The translations under genes were made by a program, and so were the position numbers. A model generated the notes under the pieces. It was given only the letters and a program-made list of their open reading frames with translations, was not told the origin of the DNA and did not search any database. From Coprobacillaceae bacterium (GTDB taxonomy: Bacteria; Bacillota_I; Bacilli_A; Erysipelotrichales; Coprobacillaceae), in the NCBI GenBank assembly GCA_963675915.1, contig OY780959.1, forward strand, positions 270,001-302,000: a stretch of DNA of 32,000 bases. Direction: 5' to 3'. Positions 8,775 to 15,372 of this stretch are shown piece after piece (position 1 is the first letter of the stretch; the number at the start of each line of letters is the position of its first letter).

Positions 8775-10205
8775 ATGGAATTTAAACAAGAACAAAAGAA
8801 AAAGACTCGTGTTGTTTGTACAATCGGGCCTGCTAGTGAGAATGAAGAAATGATGCGTAAATTAATTCTTGCTGGTATGAACGTAATGCGTTTGAATTTT
8901 TCACATGGTGACTTCGAAGAACATGGTGGAAGAATCGTAACATTAGGTAAATTACAAAAAGAATTAAACAAAAACGTAGCAATCTTATTAGATACAAAAG
9001 GTCCTGAAATCAGAACAGGTTCTTTCGTTGGTGGTTCTACTGAATTCAAAAAAGGTCAAGTATCAGTTATCACTACTGAAGATATCGAAGGTACTTCTGA
9101 TCGTTTTACAATTACTTACAAAGAATTATATAAAGACGTTAAACCAGGTGGTTTCATCTTGGTTAATGACGGACAAGTTGAATTATTGGTTGACCATGTA
9201 GAAGGTACTGAAATCTACTGTGTGGCTGCTAATGATGGTGTTGTTAAAAACCGTCGTGGAATCAACGTTCCAGGAATCAAACTTGGTTTTGAATACTTAA
9301 GCGAAAAAGATAAAGGAGACATCACTTTCGGTTGTGAAAAAGGTGTTAACTTCATCGCTGCTTCATTCACTCGTCGTGCTCAAGACGTTTTGGATGTTAA
9401 AAAATTATTAATCGAAAACGGACGTCCTGAAATCCAAATCATCGCTAAAATCGAAAACAGCGAAGGTGTGGACAACATGGATGAAATCTTAGCTGTTGCT
9501 GATGGTATCATGGTTGCCCGTGGGGACTTAGGTGTTGAAATCCCTGCTGAAGATGTACCAGGAATCCAAAAAGAATTAATCCAAAAATGTCGTGCTGCCG
9601 GTAAAGTTGTAATCACTGCAACTCAAATGTTAGACAGCATGCAAGATAACCCAAGACCAACTCGTGCCGAAGTATCTGACGTTGCCAACGCAATCTATGA
9701 TGGTACTGATGCAATCATGTTATCTGGGGAATCTGCTCAAGGTAAATACCCTGAAGAATCAGTTAAAACAATGACTAAAATCGCTGTTAAAACTGAAGAA
9801 AAATTAAACTATACAACTCTTCAAAGATTCGCAGTAAACACTGCTCAATTGACTACTTCTGAAGCTATCTGTATGTCAGTAGCTGATATCGCTGCTCGTT
9901 TCGACATCAAAGCAATCGTAGTATACACTGAATCAGGATCAACTGCTCGTCGTATCTCACGTTACCGTCCACAAGCTCGTATCTTGGCTTGTACACCATA
10001 CGAAAAAATCACTCGTACTCTTGCATTAAACTGGGGTGTAAAAGGAATGGTATGTCCTCCAATGAACGATCGTGCTGCTCAAGCTGAGTACGCTAAAATC
10101 GTTGCTAAGGAAGACGGTTTCGAACCAGGAGACAAAATCATCGTTATCGCTGGTGCTGCTGGGGTTAAAGGAACTACTTCATTCTTGGAAGTTGTTGAAC
10201 TTTAA
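8775..10205 (+). CDS. pyk: Pyruvate kinase
   Basis: MRLNFSHG, LDTKGPEIRTG, AKIEN, MVARGDLGVEIP, ATQMLDSM motifs. 44-nt gap after pfkA with RBS AAGGTGAGG, so an operon. Confidence 0.97.
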   Translation: MEFKQEQKKKTRVVCTIGPASENEEMMRKLILAGMNVMRLNFSHGDFEEHGGRIVTLGKLQKELNKNVAILLDTKGPEIRTGSFVGGSTEFKKGQVSVITTEDIEGTSDRFTITYKELYKDVKPGGFILVNDGQVELLVDHVEGTEIYCVAANDGVVKNRRGINVPGIKLGFEYLSEKDKGDITFGCEKGVNFIAASFTRRAQDVLDVKKLLIENGRPEIQIIAKIENSEGVDNMDEILAVADGIMVARGDLGVEIPAEDVPGIQKELIQKCRAAGKVVITATQMLDSMQDNPRPTRAEVSDVANAIYDGTDAIMLSGESAQGKYPEESVKTMTKIAVKTEEKLNYTTLQRFAVNTAQLTTSEAICMSVADIAARFDIKAIVVYTESGSTARRISRYRPQARILACTPYEKITRTLALNWGVKGMVCPPMNDRAAQAEYAKIVAKEDGFEPGDKIIVIAGAAGVKGTTSFLEVVEL

Positions 10206-10314
10206 TAAATAACAATATAAAGGTACTCTAAAATAACTTGAGGTAGCACTTGTTATAAGCAATAGAATTATTTGATGTGCTTACTACCTCATGAATGATT
10301 ATAGCCACAATAGG

Positions 10315-10349
10315 GTGACTGGAAATCGTATGATTTCCAGTCACTTTTT
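10315..10349 (+). terminator. Intrinsic terminator in plus orientation, inside the left IS end
   Basis: Perfect 13-bp stem GTGACTGGAAATC / GATTTCCAGTCAC with loop GTAT, then TTTTT. It abuts the transposase stop codon. In minus orientation it has no U-tract. Confidence 0.75.
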
Positions 10350-11767
10350 CATTTTGTCGAGGGGTAGATATAGTAATTCACATCATCGTTCAAGACATAT
10401 AGCACCCTGCTTCGGAATCTTTCCCAGTTATTATAGCCATTGGCGTTTCGTTTGATGCTTTTTATGGTTTTGTTTCTGTTTTCGATTATTCCATTATTGA
10501 TTTTATGACCTTTGGTTATTTCGATGAACGAATTGATTATTTCGTTCTTCCACCTAACCATCGTATTAGCGAAATCGTTCATTCCTTTTACATTGCTTTT
10601 TCTAAATTCGTCAATTATTTCCTCAAGGTTCCGTTTCGCTGTTTTATAATTGCTCTTTTTAAAGAATCTTATTACTTCATCTTTTAAATCTACAGCTTCT
10701 TCGAGTTGTGGGTCGATTTTCATTATGTAGTCAAGAAGATCATAGGGATTGTAATAACCTTCAAGCACTCTATTGTATTTCTTTTTGACGTTCGGATCGA
10801 ATATCTTTGGATCATTCTTGTAAAGAAGCCAATTGAATTTTTTGAGCACATAATATTGCTTCTTACGTTCTTTGATTTCTACAATCTCTTTTGGGGTGAG
10901 ATTCTCCTTAATTAGATTTGGTGGGACTTTGACCTTGTTCATAACATCGATTCTAACTCTGTCAACCTTCTTGGTAAGCTCCTGGATTACATGAAACTTG
11001 TCACAGGCCACAACGGCATTTGGGAATACACGCTTGCTTACGATTCGATAAGTTTCCCACATATCAGTTGATACGACTTTAACTATTTCCCGTTCTTTCC
11101 TGGGAATCAGGGTGAAGTAGTTAAGCAAACTGTATTTTTTTCGTTCTGGCAACAGATCAATTATTTTCTGGTTTTGATAATCAAGCAGCACGCAAACATA
11201 GTTGCTTCTTTTCGATTTGAAGGCATAAACTTCATCAATGCAGATATACTCCGGCAGCGTTCTTCTTGATACTCTTACATGCTTGTCAAATATCGAAGCA
11301 ACTGTGGTGGGCGATATGTTGTGACGATAAGCAACGCTCTTGAATGTTTCATTAAACGATTTCAAATCCTTCAGGACATTATATACGGTCGCCAAAGAGA
11401 TTTTCATACCTTTGAGGGTGAACGGATTGTGTTCATAGAATGTTTTGTTGCAGGCGGGGCATTTGTGCCTGCGGGCATGGTAGTTGATATAGCAAGGAAT
11501 ACCATTTAGGATAGAGTGGGTTATTTTCTTGTTAACGTAGTTATTGACGATGGTGGTCTCGGTTCCGCAGACCGGGCATATGTGGGGGACACATTCAAGT
11601 TCAACATACACATGAACACCATCAAACTGATGATTGACATGGATTTTCTTAATCCGTTTGTCTTCAAGATTGAATAGTTTTCTAATATAAATGTCATCAA
11701 TAGACGCACCCGTGTTAGGATTCGTCGCCAAACACGTAGAAAGATTAGACTTATTATTCGATTCCAT
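10349..11767 (-). CDS. ISL3-family DDE transposase
   Basis: N-terminal zinc-finger pairs CPVCG...CPACNKTFYE. Blocks CIDEVYAF, VSTDMWETY...CDKFHVIQ and NNGIIENRNKTIKSIKRNANGYNNWERFRSRVLY match the ISL3 pattern. Strong RBS AGGAGGA (complement of 11774-11780). Confidence 0.9.
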   Translation of the reverse strand: MESNNKSNLSTCLATNPNTGASIDDIYIRKLFNLEDKRIKKIHVNHQFDGVHVYVELECVPHICPVCGTETTIVNNYVNKKITHSILNGIPCYINYHARRHKCPACNKTFYEHNPFTLKGMKISLATVYNVLKDLKSFNETFKSVAYRHNISPTTVASIFDKHVRVSRRTLPEYICIDEVYAFKSKRSNYVCVLLDYQNQKIIDLLPERKKYSLLNYFTLIPRKEREIVKVVSTDMWETYRIVSKRVFPNAVVACDKFHVIQELTKKVDRVRIDVMNKVKVPPNLIKENLTPKEIVEIKERKKQYYVLKKFNWLLYKNDPKIFDPNVKKKYNRVLEGYYNPYDLLDYIMKIDPQLEEAVDLKDEVIRFFKKSNYKTAKRNLEEIIDEFRKSNVKGMNDFANTMVRWKNEIINSFIEITKGHKINNGIIENRNKTIKSIKRNANGYNNWERFRSRVLYVLNDDVNYYIYPSTK

Positions 11768-11835
11768 ACGTTTTCCTCCTAAAATTCATTTTACAAGTAG
11801 ATTGTACAAATAAACCCGGTTTAATCGTATGAAAG

Positions 11836-12249
11836 TTATGTGGTAATGAAGATACAGTCAAATTTTCTTGATTTTAGAATACAAAAATCTTCATAGCTTA
11901 GATTGATGTCGAAAGACTGCCGCAGATAACTGAGATACGAAGGATCGTAATGGTTGTTGTTTACAATGATAGAAACTATGTCATCTTTTGACAAAATTGA
12001 GAATGGAACCATTGATTCAATCAGGATGGCATGAGTTCTACCGCAGTCCCCGCAAATGAGCCTCATGATCCTAATTTTGAATTTGAGACCTAAAAACGAC
12101 ACATTTCTAACGTAGTAGGAATGTGTCTTGAAAGAGTTTGTCGCACCACAAGAGCAGCTCATTTGTGAAAAATTGATTGAATTAACTGTGTTGGAGTAGG
12201 ATTTTTGGTTGATATACTTGATTTTTGTTTCATTTTTTATTATTATCAT
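11836..12249 (-). CDS. Small four-Cys (CxC...CxxC) zinc-ribbon-like protein, IS accessory ORF (possibly DUF6431-like)
   Basis: MSCSCGATNSF...RLICGDCGRTHAIL. Same strand, 68 nt upstream of the transposase. No Shine-Dalgarno before ATG 12249 or before the internal ATG 12162, so the start is uncertain. Confidence 0.55.
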   Translation of the reverse strand: MIIIKNETKIKYINQKSYSNTVNSINFSQMSCSCGATNSFKTHSYYVRNVSFLGLKFKIRIMRLICGDCGRTHAILIESMVPFSILSKDDIVSIIVNNNHYDPSYLSYLRQSFDINLSYEDFCILKSRKFDCIFITT

Positions 12250-12264
12250 ATTGTTCTTATGAGC

Positions 12265-12306
12265 AGATAGAAATCAAACTTGGTAGGGGAGATTTCTATC
12301 TTTTTT
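12265..12306 (+). terminator. Hairpin plus T-run in plus orientation, in the IS 5' leader region
   Basis: Stem AGATAGAAATC / GATTTCTATCT (11 bp), 15-nt loop, then TTTTTT. It lies 16 nt upstream of the minus-strand ORF start, so it would also fold in that mRNA leader. Confidence 0.45.
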
Positions 12307-12334
12307 CCTTTCTAAAAGATGTTTATATACTAAT

Positions 12335-12343
12335 ATAATACCA
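12335..12343 (-). promoter_or_regulatory. Candidate extended -10 promoter for the IS genes (TGgTATTAT on the minus strand)
   Basis: Plus-strand ATAATACCA at 12335-12343 reads TGGTATTAT on the minus strand, about 85 nt upstream of ORF start 12249. Confidence 0.35.
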
Positions 12344-12501
12344 AAAAAAAAGGCAAAGCACCAAAATGAATCATGGAGCTAAGCCTGTTTTTTAGAATTA
12401 CACCTCAACAATCGTTGTAGCTAATAAATGGTCCTACAAAAGTAAACCATCACTCATATTGTTCGGAGCGGCAATATTAAACTATCTTAGATACTCAATA
12501 T

Positions 12502-12532
12502 AAAAAGCAAGACGAAAGTCTTGTTTTTTTTT
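12502..12532. terminator. Intrinsic terminator (A-run, hairpin, T-run; bidirectional-capable), likely the displaced pyk terminator
   Basis: AAAAAGCAAGAC-GAAA-GTCTTGTTTTTTTTT, immediately after the right copy of CAATATAAA. Confidence 0.8.
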
Positions 12533-12605
12533 ACCGCTTACAGTAAGATAATGGTGAAATAGTTTGATAATTACAGTATTTTTTGTTTGTTTGTAATCTG
12601 TTTTA

Positions 12606-12614
12606 TGTTATAAT
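12606..12614 (+). promoter_or_regulatory. Candidate extended -10 promoter of typA (TGtTATAAT)
   Basis: TG 12606-12607 plus TATAAT 12609-12614, 25 nt upstream of the ATG. RBS AAGGAG 12627-12632. Confidence 0.55.
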
Positions 12615-12638
12615 GTTCTAGTTAATAAGGAGAATTTT

Positions 12639-14453
12639 ATGAATATTAGAAATATAGCTATTATTGCCCATGTCGATCATGGTAAAACCACTTTGGTCGA
12701 TCAATTATTAAAACAATCCGGTACATTCAGAGAAAACGAGCAAGTTGCTGAAAGAGCAATGGACTCGAACGATATCGAGCGAGAAAGAGGGATCACCATT
12801 CTTGCTAAAACTACCGCAATCAACTATAAAGGCAACCGTATCAACATCATGGATACACCAGGCCATGCTGACTTCGGTGGTGAAGTAGAAAGAATCATGA
12901 ATATGGTTGACGGTGTCTTGCTTGTTGTCGATGCTTATGAAGGAACAATGCCCCAAACCCGTTTCGTTCTTAAAAAAGCTTTGGCTGCCAAAGTTAAGCC
13001 AATCGTGGTGGTAAACAAGGTTGACCGTCCGGTTGTCCGTATTGATGAAGTAATGGATGAAATTCTTGAATTGTTCATGGAGCTTGGTGCTGATGATGAT
13101 CAATTGGAATTCCCGACTGTATTTGCTTCAGCTCTTCAAGGAACTTCTTCTATGAGTGCTGATATAACAACTCAACAACCATCAATGGATCCGATTCTTG
13201 ATTTGATTCTTGATGAAATCCCGGAACCATTGGTTGACGAAGAAGGGCCATTGCAATTCCAACCGGCTTTGCTTGACTACAACAATTTCGTCGGAAGAAT
13301 CGGGATCGGAAGAATCCAACGAGGAAACATGAGTGTCAATGACAGCGTTACTTGTGTCCGTGCCGACGGAACCAAAACTCAATTCAGAATCCAAAAATTA
13401 TTTGGTTATCTTGGACTTAACCGAATTGAAATCGAATCGGCTTCAGCTGGGGACATCGTTGCTATCGCTGGTTTGGCTGATATCGGTGTTGGAGAAACAG
13501 TTTGTACAACTGGTAAGGAAGAGGCGCTTCCTTTGCTTCATATCGACGAACCAACAATCCAGATCGTAATTGGTACCAATACCTCACCATTCGCGGGTAA
13601 AGAAGGAAAATTCGTTACTGCCCGTCAAATCGAAGAACGTCTGTTCAGAGAGACTAATCGTGACGTTTCACTTAAAATCGAACGGATCAACAACGCTGAA
13701 GAGTGGATCGTTTCTGGACGTGGGGAATTGCACTTGTCAATACTGATTGAAAACATGCGTCGTGAAGGTTATGAAATGCAAGTATCAAAACCTAAAGTAA
13801 TCATCCGTGAAGAAGATGGTGTTAAAATGGAACCATACGAAGATGTCAATATCGAAGCTCCTGATGAAACTATCGGATCAGTCATCGAGTCACTGGGACT
13901 TCGTCGCGGGATTCTGGAAAACATGTCATCTCATGATGGTGTGACTTCGGTTCAATATACAATTCCATCACGTGGAATGATCGGGTTCATGACAAACTTC
14001 CTGACAATGACCAAAGGATACGGAATCATTTCCCATTCTTTCCTTGATTATCGTCCAATGGAAGGGGAAACTGTCGGAGAACGTCAATTGGGTGTCCTGG
14101 TATCTATTGACAAAGGACAAACAACTGCATACTCACTGGGATCAGTAGAAGCCCGTGGAGTGATGTTTGTGGGACCTGGTGTTGAAGTATACGAAGGAAT
14201 GATCGTCGGTGAACATTCACGTGACAATGACCTGGTAGTCAATGTTACCAAAGGTAAACAGCTGACAAATACCCGTTCATCAAGCAAGGATTCAACTGTA
14301 GTGCTTAAAAAGCCACGTCAATTCAATCTTGAGGCTTGTCTGGACTACATCAATGATGATGAGCTTGTTGAAATCACACCGGAAAATATCCGTTTGCGTA
14401 AACGTTATCTGACTGAACAGTTAAGAAAACAACACAGTCGTGGTAAAGCTTAA
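12639..14453 (+). CDS. typA: Translational GTPase TypA/BipA
   Basis: G1 [10 protein letters not shown]3 DTPGHADF, G4 NKVD. About 600 aa with the EF-G-like domain order typical of BipA. Confidence 0.97.
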   Translation: MNIRNIAIIAHVDHGKTTLVDQLLKQSGTFRENEQVAERAMDSNDIERERGITILAKTTAINYKGNRINIMDTPGHADFGGEVERIMNMVDGVLLVVDAYEGTMPQTRFVLKKALAAKVKPIVVVNKVDRPVVRIDEVMDEILELFMELGADDDQLEFPTVFASALQGTSSMSADITTQQPSMDPILDLILDEIPEPLVDEEGPLQFQPALLDYNNFVGRIGIGRIQRGNMSVNDSVTCVRADGTKTQFRIQKLFGYLGLNRIEIESASAGDIVAIAGLADIGVGETVCTTGKEEALPLLHIDEPTIQIVIGTNTSPFAGKEGKFVTARQIEERLFRETNRDVSLKIERINNAEEWIVSGRGELHLSILIENMRREGYEMQVSKPKVIIREEDGVKMEPYEDVNIEAPDETIGSVIESLGLRRGILENMSSHDGVTSVQYTIPSRGMIGFMTNFLTMTKGYGIISHSFLDYRPMEGETVGERQLGVLVSIDKGQTTAYSLGSVEARGVMFVGPGVEVYEGMIVGEHSRDNDLVVNVTKGKQLTNTRSSSKDSTVVLKKPRQFNLEACLDYINDDELVEITPENIRLRKRYLTEQLRKQHSRGKA

Positions 14454-14465
14454 ATAATGATAATC

Positions 14466-14496
14466 AAACCCGCTTTTGCGGGTTTTTTTTGTTTTT
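14466..14496 (+). terminator. typA intrinsic terminator
   Basis: AAACCCGC-TTTT-GCGGGTTT followed by TTTTTGTTTTTG. Confidence 0.85.
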
Positions 14497-14647
14497 GTCC
14501 CCAAGGACTGGAGGAAATGTTTAAAAAACTTTTTCAAACATTGGGAAATTCTTTTAAAAAACTGTTGAAAGTTTCAAAAACCTTCAAAAATTTTTCAAAC
14601 TTTTCGGAAAAACTTAAAAATATATTTAAAAAACTTCAAAAAACTGG

Positions 14648-14666
14648 AAAAACTTTTGCAAACTTT
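14648..14666. repeat. 19-nt direct repeat copy 1: AAAAACTTTTGCAAACTTT (contains palindrome TTTGCAAA)
   Basis: Identical 19-mer found again at 14710-14728. Confidence 0.9.
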
Positions 14667-14709
14667 AGACTTTTATCACAAAAAATTAAATATGGGTTAT
14701 AAAAATTAA

Positions 14710-14728
14710 AAAAACTTTTGCAAACTTT
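14710..14728. repeat. 19-nt direct repeat copy 2: AAAAACTTTTGCAAACTTT
   Basis: Identical to 14648-14666, 62 nt downstream. It abuts a possible weak promoter (TTGAAT 14729-14734, 19-nt spacer, TATAAT 14754-14759). Confidence 0.9.
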
Positions 14729-14832
14729 TTGAATTTATGTTACTTTAGATGGTTATAATGACACTAAATATACATATAAATTTTATTGGTTCTTAGAACA
14801 CTACTGCTAAAAAAATTAGTAAAAAGATAAAG

Positions 14833-14847
14833 AAATCGTCGATTTTA
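14833..14847. promoter_or_regulatory. Palindromic motif AAATCGTCGATTTTA (copy 1), candidate operator
   Basis: Arms AAATCG / CGATTT around a central T. The identical 15-mer recurs at 26025-26039. Confidence 0.45.
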
Positions 14848-14898
14848 TCAAGTTTTTTTAGTCTTTTAGTAATTTTCAACGAAACTTTTTAAATTTAT

Positions 14899-14927
14899 TT
14901 GTATACTTTCTTTTATTGTGATATATT
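14899..14927 (+). promoter_or_regulatory. Promoter of the 71-aa gene: -35 TTGTAT, 17-nt spacer, extended -10 TGaTATATT
   Basis: TTGTAT 14899-14904, TG 14919-14920, TATATT 14922-14927. Confidence 0.6.
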
Positions 14928-14962
14928 TTTATTATAAATTAACGGAAGAGGAGAAAATTTAT

Positions 14963-15178
14963 ATGACAACGACTATCCAAGTGCAATTTAATGAAATGAA
15001 TAAAGACGTGAAACAAATTGAAAAAGTAGTAAGAGAAAGTTTGAAGGATCAAGGTTACAAAGTAACTAAAATGGATTCTTTGGAAATTTTCTTCAAGCCA
15101 GAAGAAACTGCTATTTATTATGTAGCGACTTTCAAAGATGGCAGCGTAGTTAAAAACGCTGAAGCATTATATATTTAG
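14963..15178 (+). CDS. Small hypothetical protein (71 aa), monocistronic
   Basis: RBS GAGGAG 14948-14953 lies 9 nt before ATG 14963. The track start 14918 (GTG) would sit inside the promoter. It has its own terminator. Sequence MTTTIQVQFNEMNKDVKQIEKVVRESLKDQGYKVTKMDSLEIFFKPEETAIYYVATF... has no recognisable catalytic motif. Confidence 0.6.
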   Translation: MTTTIQVQFNEMNKDVKQIEKVVRESLKDQGYKVTKMDSLEIFFKPEETAIYYVATFKDGSVVKNAEALYI

Positions 15179-15189
15179 TTTTGTACACG

Positions 15190-15218
15190 TAGAAGAGCGG
15201 TTGCTCTTCTATTTTTTT
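15190..15218 (+). terminator. Intrinsic terminator of the 71-aa gene
   Basis: TAGAAGAGC-GGTT-GCTCTTCTA then TTTTTTT. Confidence 0.85.
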
Positions 15219-15338
15219 ATCCGCTTTTATAGCAGTTTTTAGCAAAAAGGCGGCCACAATGACAGGGGTGCACGGGGATGTCGATTTGGCTTTCACATAA
15301 TTTTCATAAATTTTATTATAGTTAATTACAAGTATCCA

Positions 15339-15347
15339 TGCTATAAT
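15339..15347 (+). promoter_or_regulatory. Candidate extended -10 promoter (TGcTATAAT) of the lipoprotein operon
   Basis: TG 15339-15340 plus TATAAT 15342-15347, 26 nt before ATG 15373. RBS GGAG 15362-15365. Confidence 0.55.
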
Positions 15348-15372
15348 ATTTTGTGTTTTAAGGAGAATGTGA

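Larger units (their letters stand above)
10221..12495 (-). mobile_element. ISL3-family insertion sequence with two ORFs; proposed boundaries
   Basis: Direct repeat CAATATAAA at 10213-10221 and 12496-12504 brackets the element. The ends form an imperfect inverted repeat (left GGTACTCTAAAATA, reverse complement of right AGTATCTAAGATA). The interior is markedly more AT-rich than its neighbours. Boundaries are inferred, not verified. Confidence 0.5.
14520..14730. repeat. Array of phased A-tracts (unit approx AAAAACTTNN, period ~10 nt)
   Basis: A5-6 runs start at 14523, 14556, 14576, 14586, 14608, 14616, 14628, 14638 and 14648, with shorter AAA at 14568 and 14597 filling gaps. Confidence 0.8.

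Noticed and set aside
7771-10205. Lower-GC, differently biased pfkA-pyk (also typA and ptsH) considered as horizontally acquired islands.
   Set aside because: These are core, highly expressed genes in conserved Bacillota synteny. The bias (GGT/CGT/GCT/CCA) is the classic translational-selection signature, and no mobility signals flank them apart from the separate IS.
10239-10293. Imperfect long-loop hairpin TGAGGTAGCAC...GTGCTTACTACCTCA downstream of pyk.
   Set aside because: The stem has an internal 3-nt bulge and there is no T-run on the plus strand. At most it is a weak minus-strand terminator for the transposase, and that is not supportable with confidence.
14457-14702. The 81-aa track ORF starting at ATG 14457.
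   Set aside because: Its first 13 codons run through the typA terminator hairpin and T-run and have no RBS. Only the internal 61-codon version (ATG 14517) is kept, as a hypothesis in the findings.
14457-14962. The AT-rich repeat region considered as a replication origin (DnaA-box cluster) or as a CRISPR/iteron array.
   Set aside because: No TTATCCACA or TGTGGATAA boxes are present; the closest is TTATCACAA at 14673. No dnaA or dnaN lies nearby. The repeat period is about 10 nt with no spacer structure, so it is not CRISPR-like.
15221-15290. Imperfect hairpin (CCGCTTTT...AAAAAGGCGG) followed by a GC-rich island (GGCGGCCACAATGACAGGGGTGCACGGGGATGTCG) within an AT-rich spacer, considered as a possible sRNA or gene remnant.
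   Set aside because: It has no flanking promoter or terminator, no recognisable RNA family features and no ORF. I cannot support any call from the sequence alone.
15299-15313. CodY-box-like AATTTTCATAAATTT (2 mismatches to AATTTTCWGAAAATT) upstream of the lipoprotein promoter.
   Set aside because: In an intergenic region this AT-rich, such near-matches are expected by chance. There is no second site and no evidence that the organism encodes CodY.
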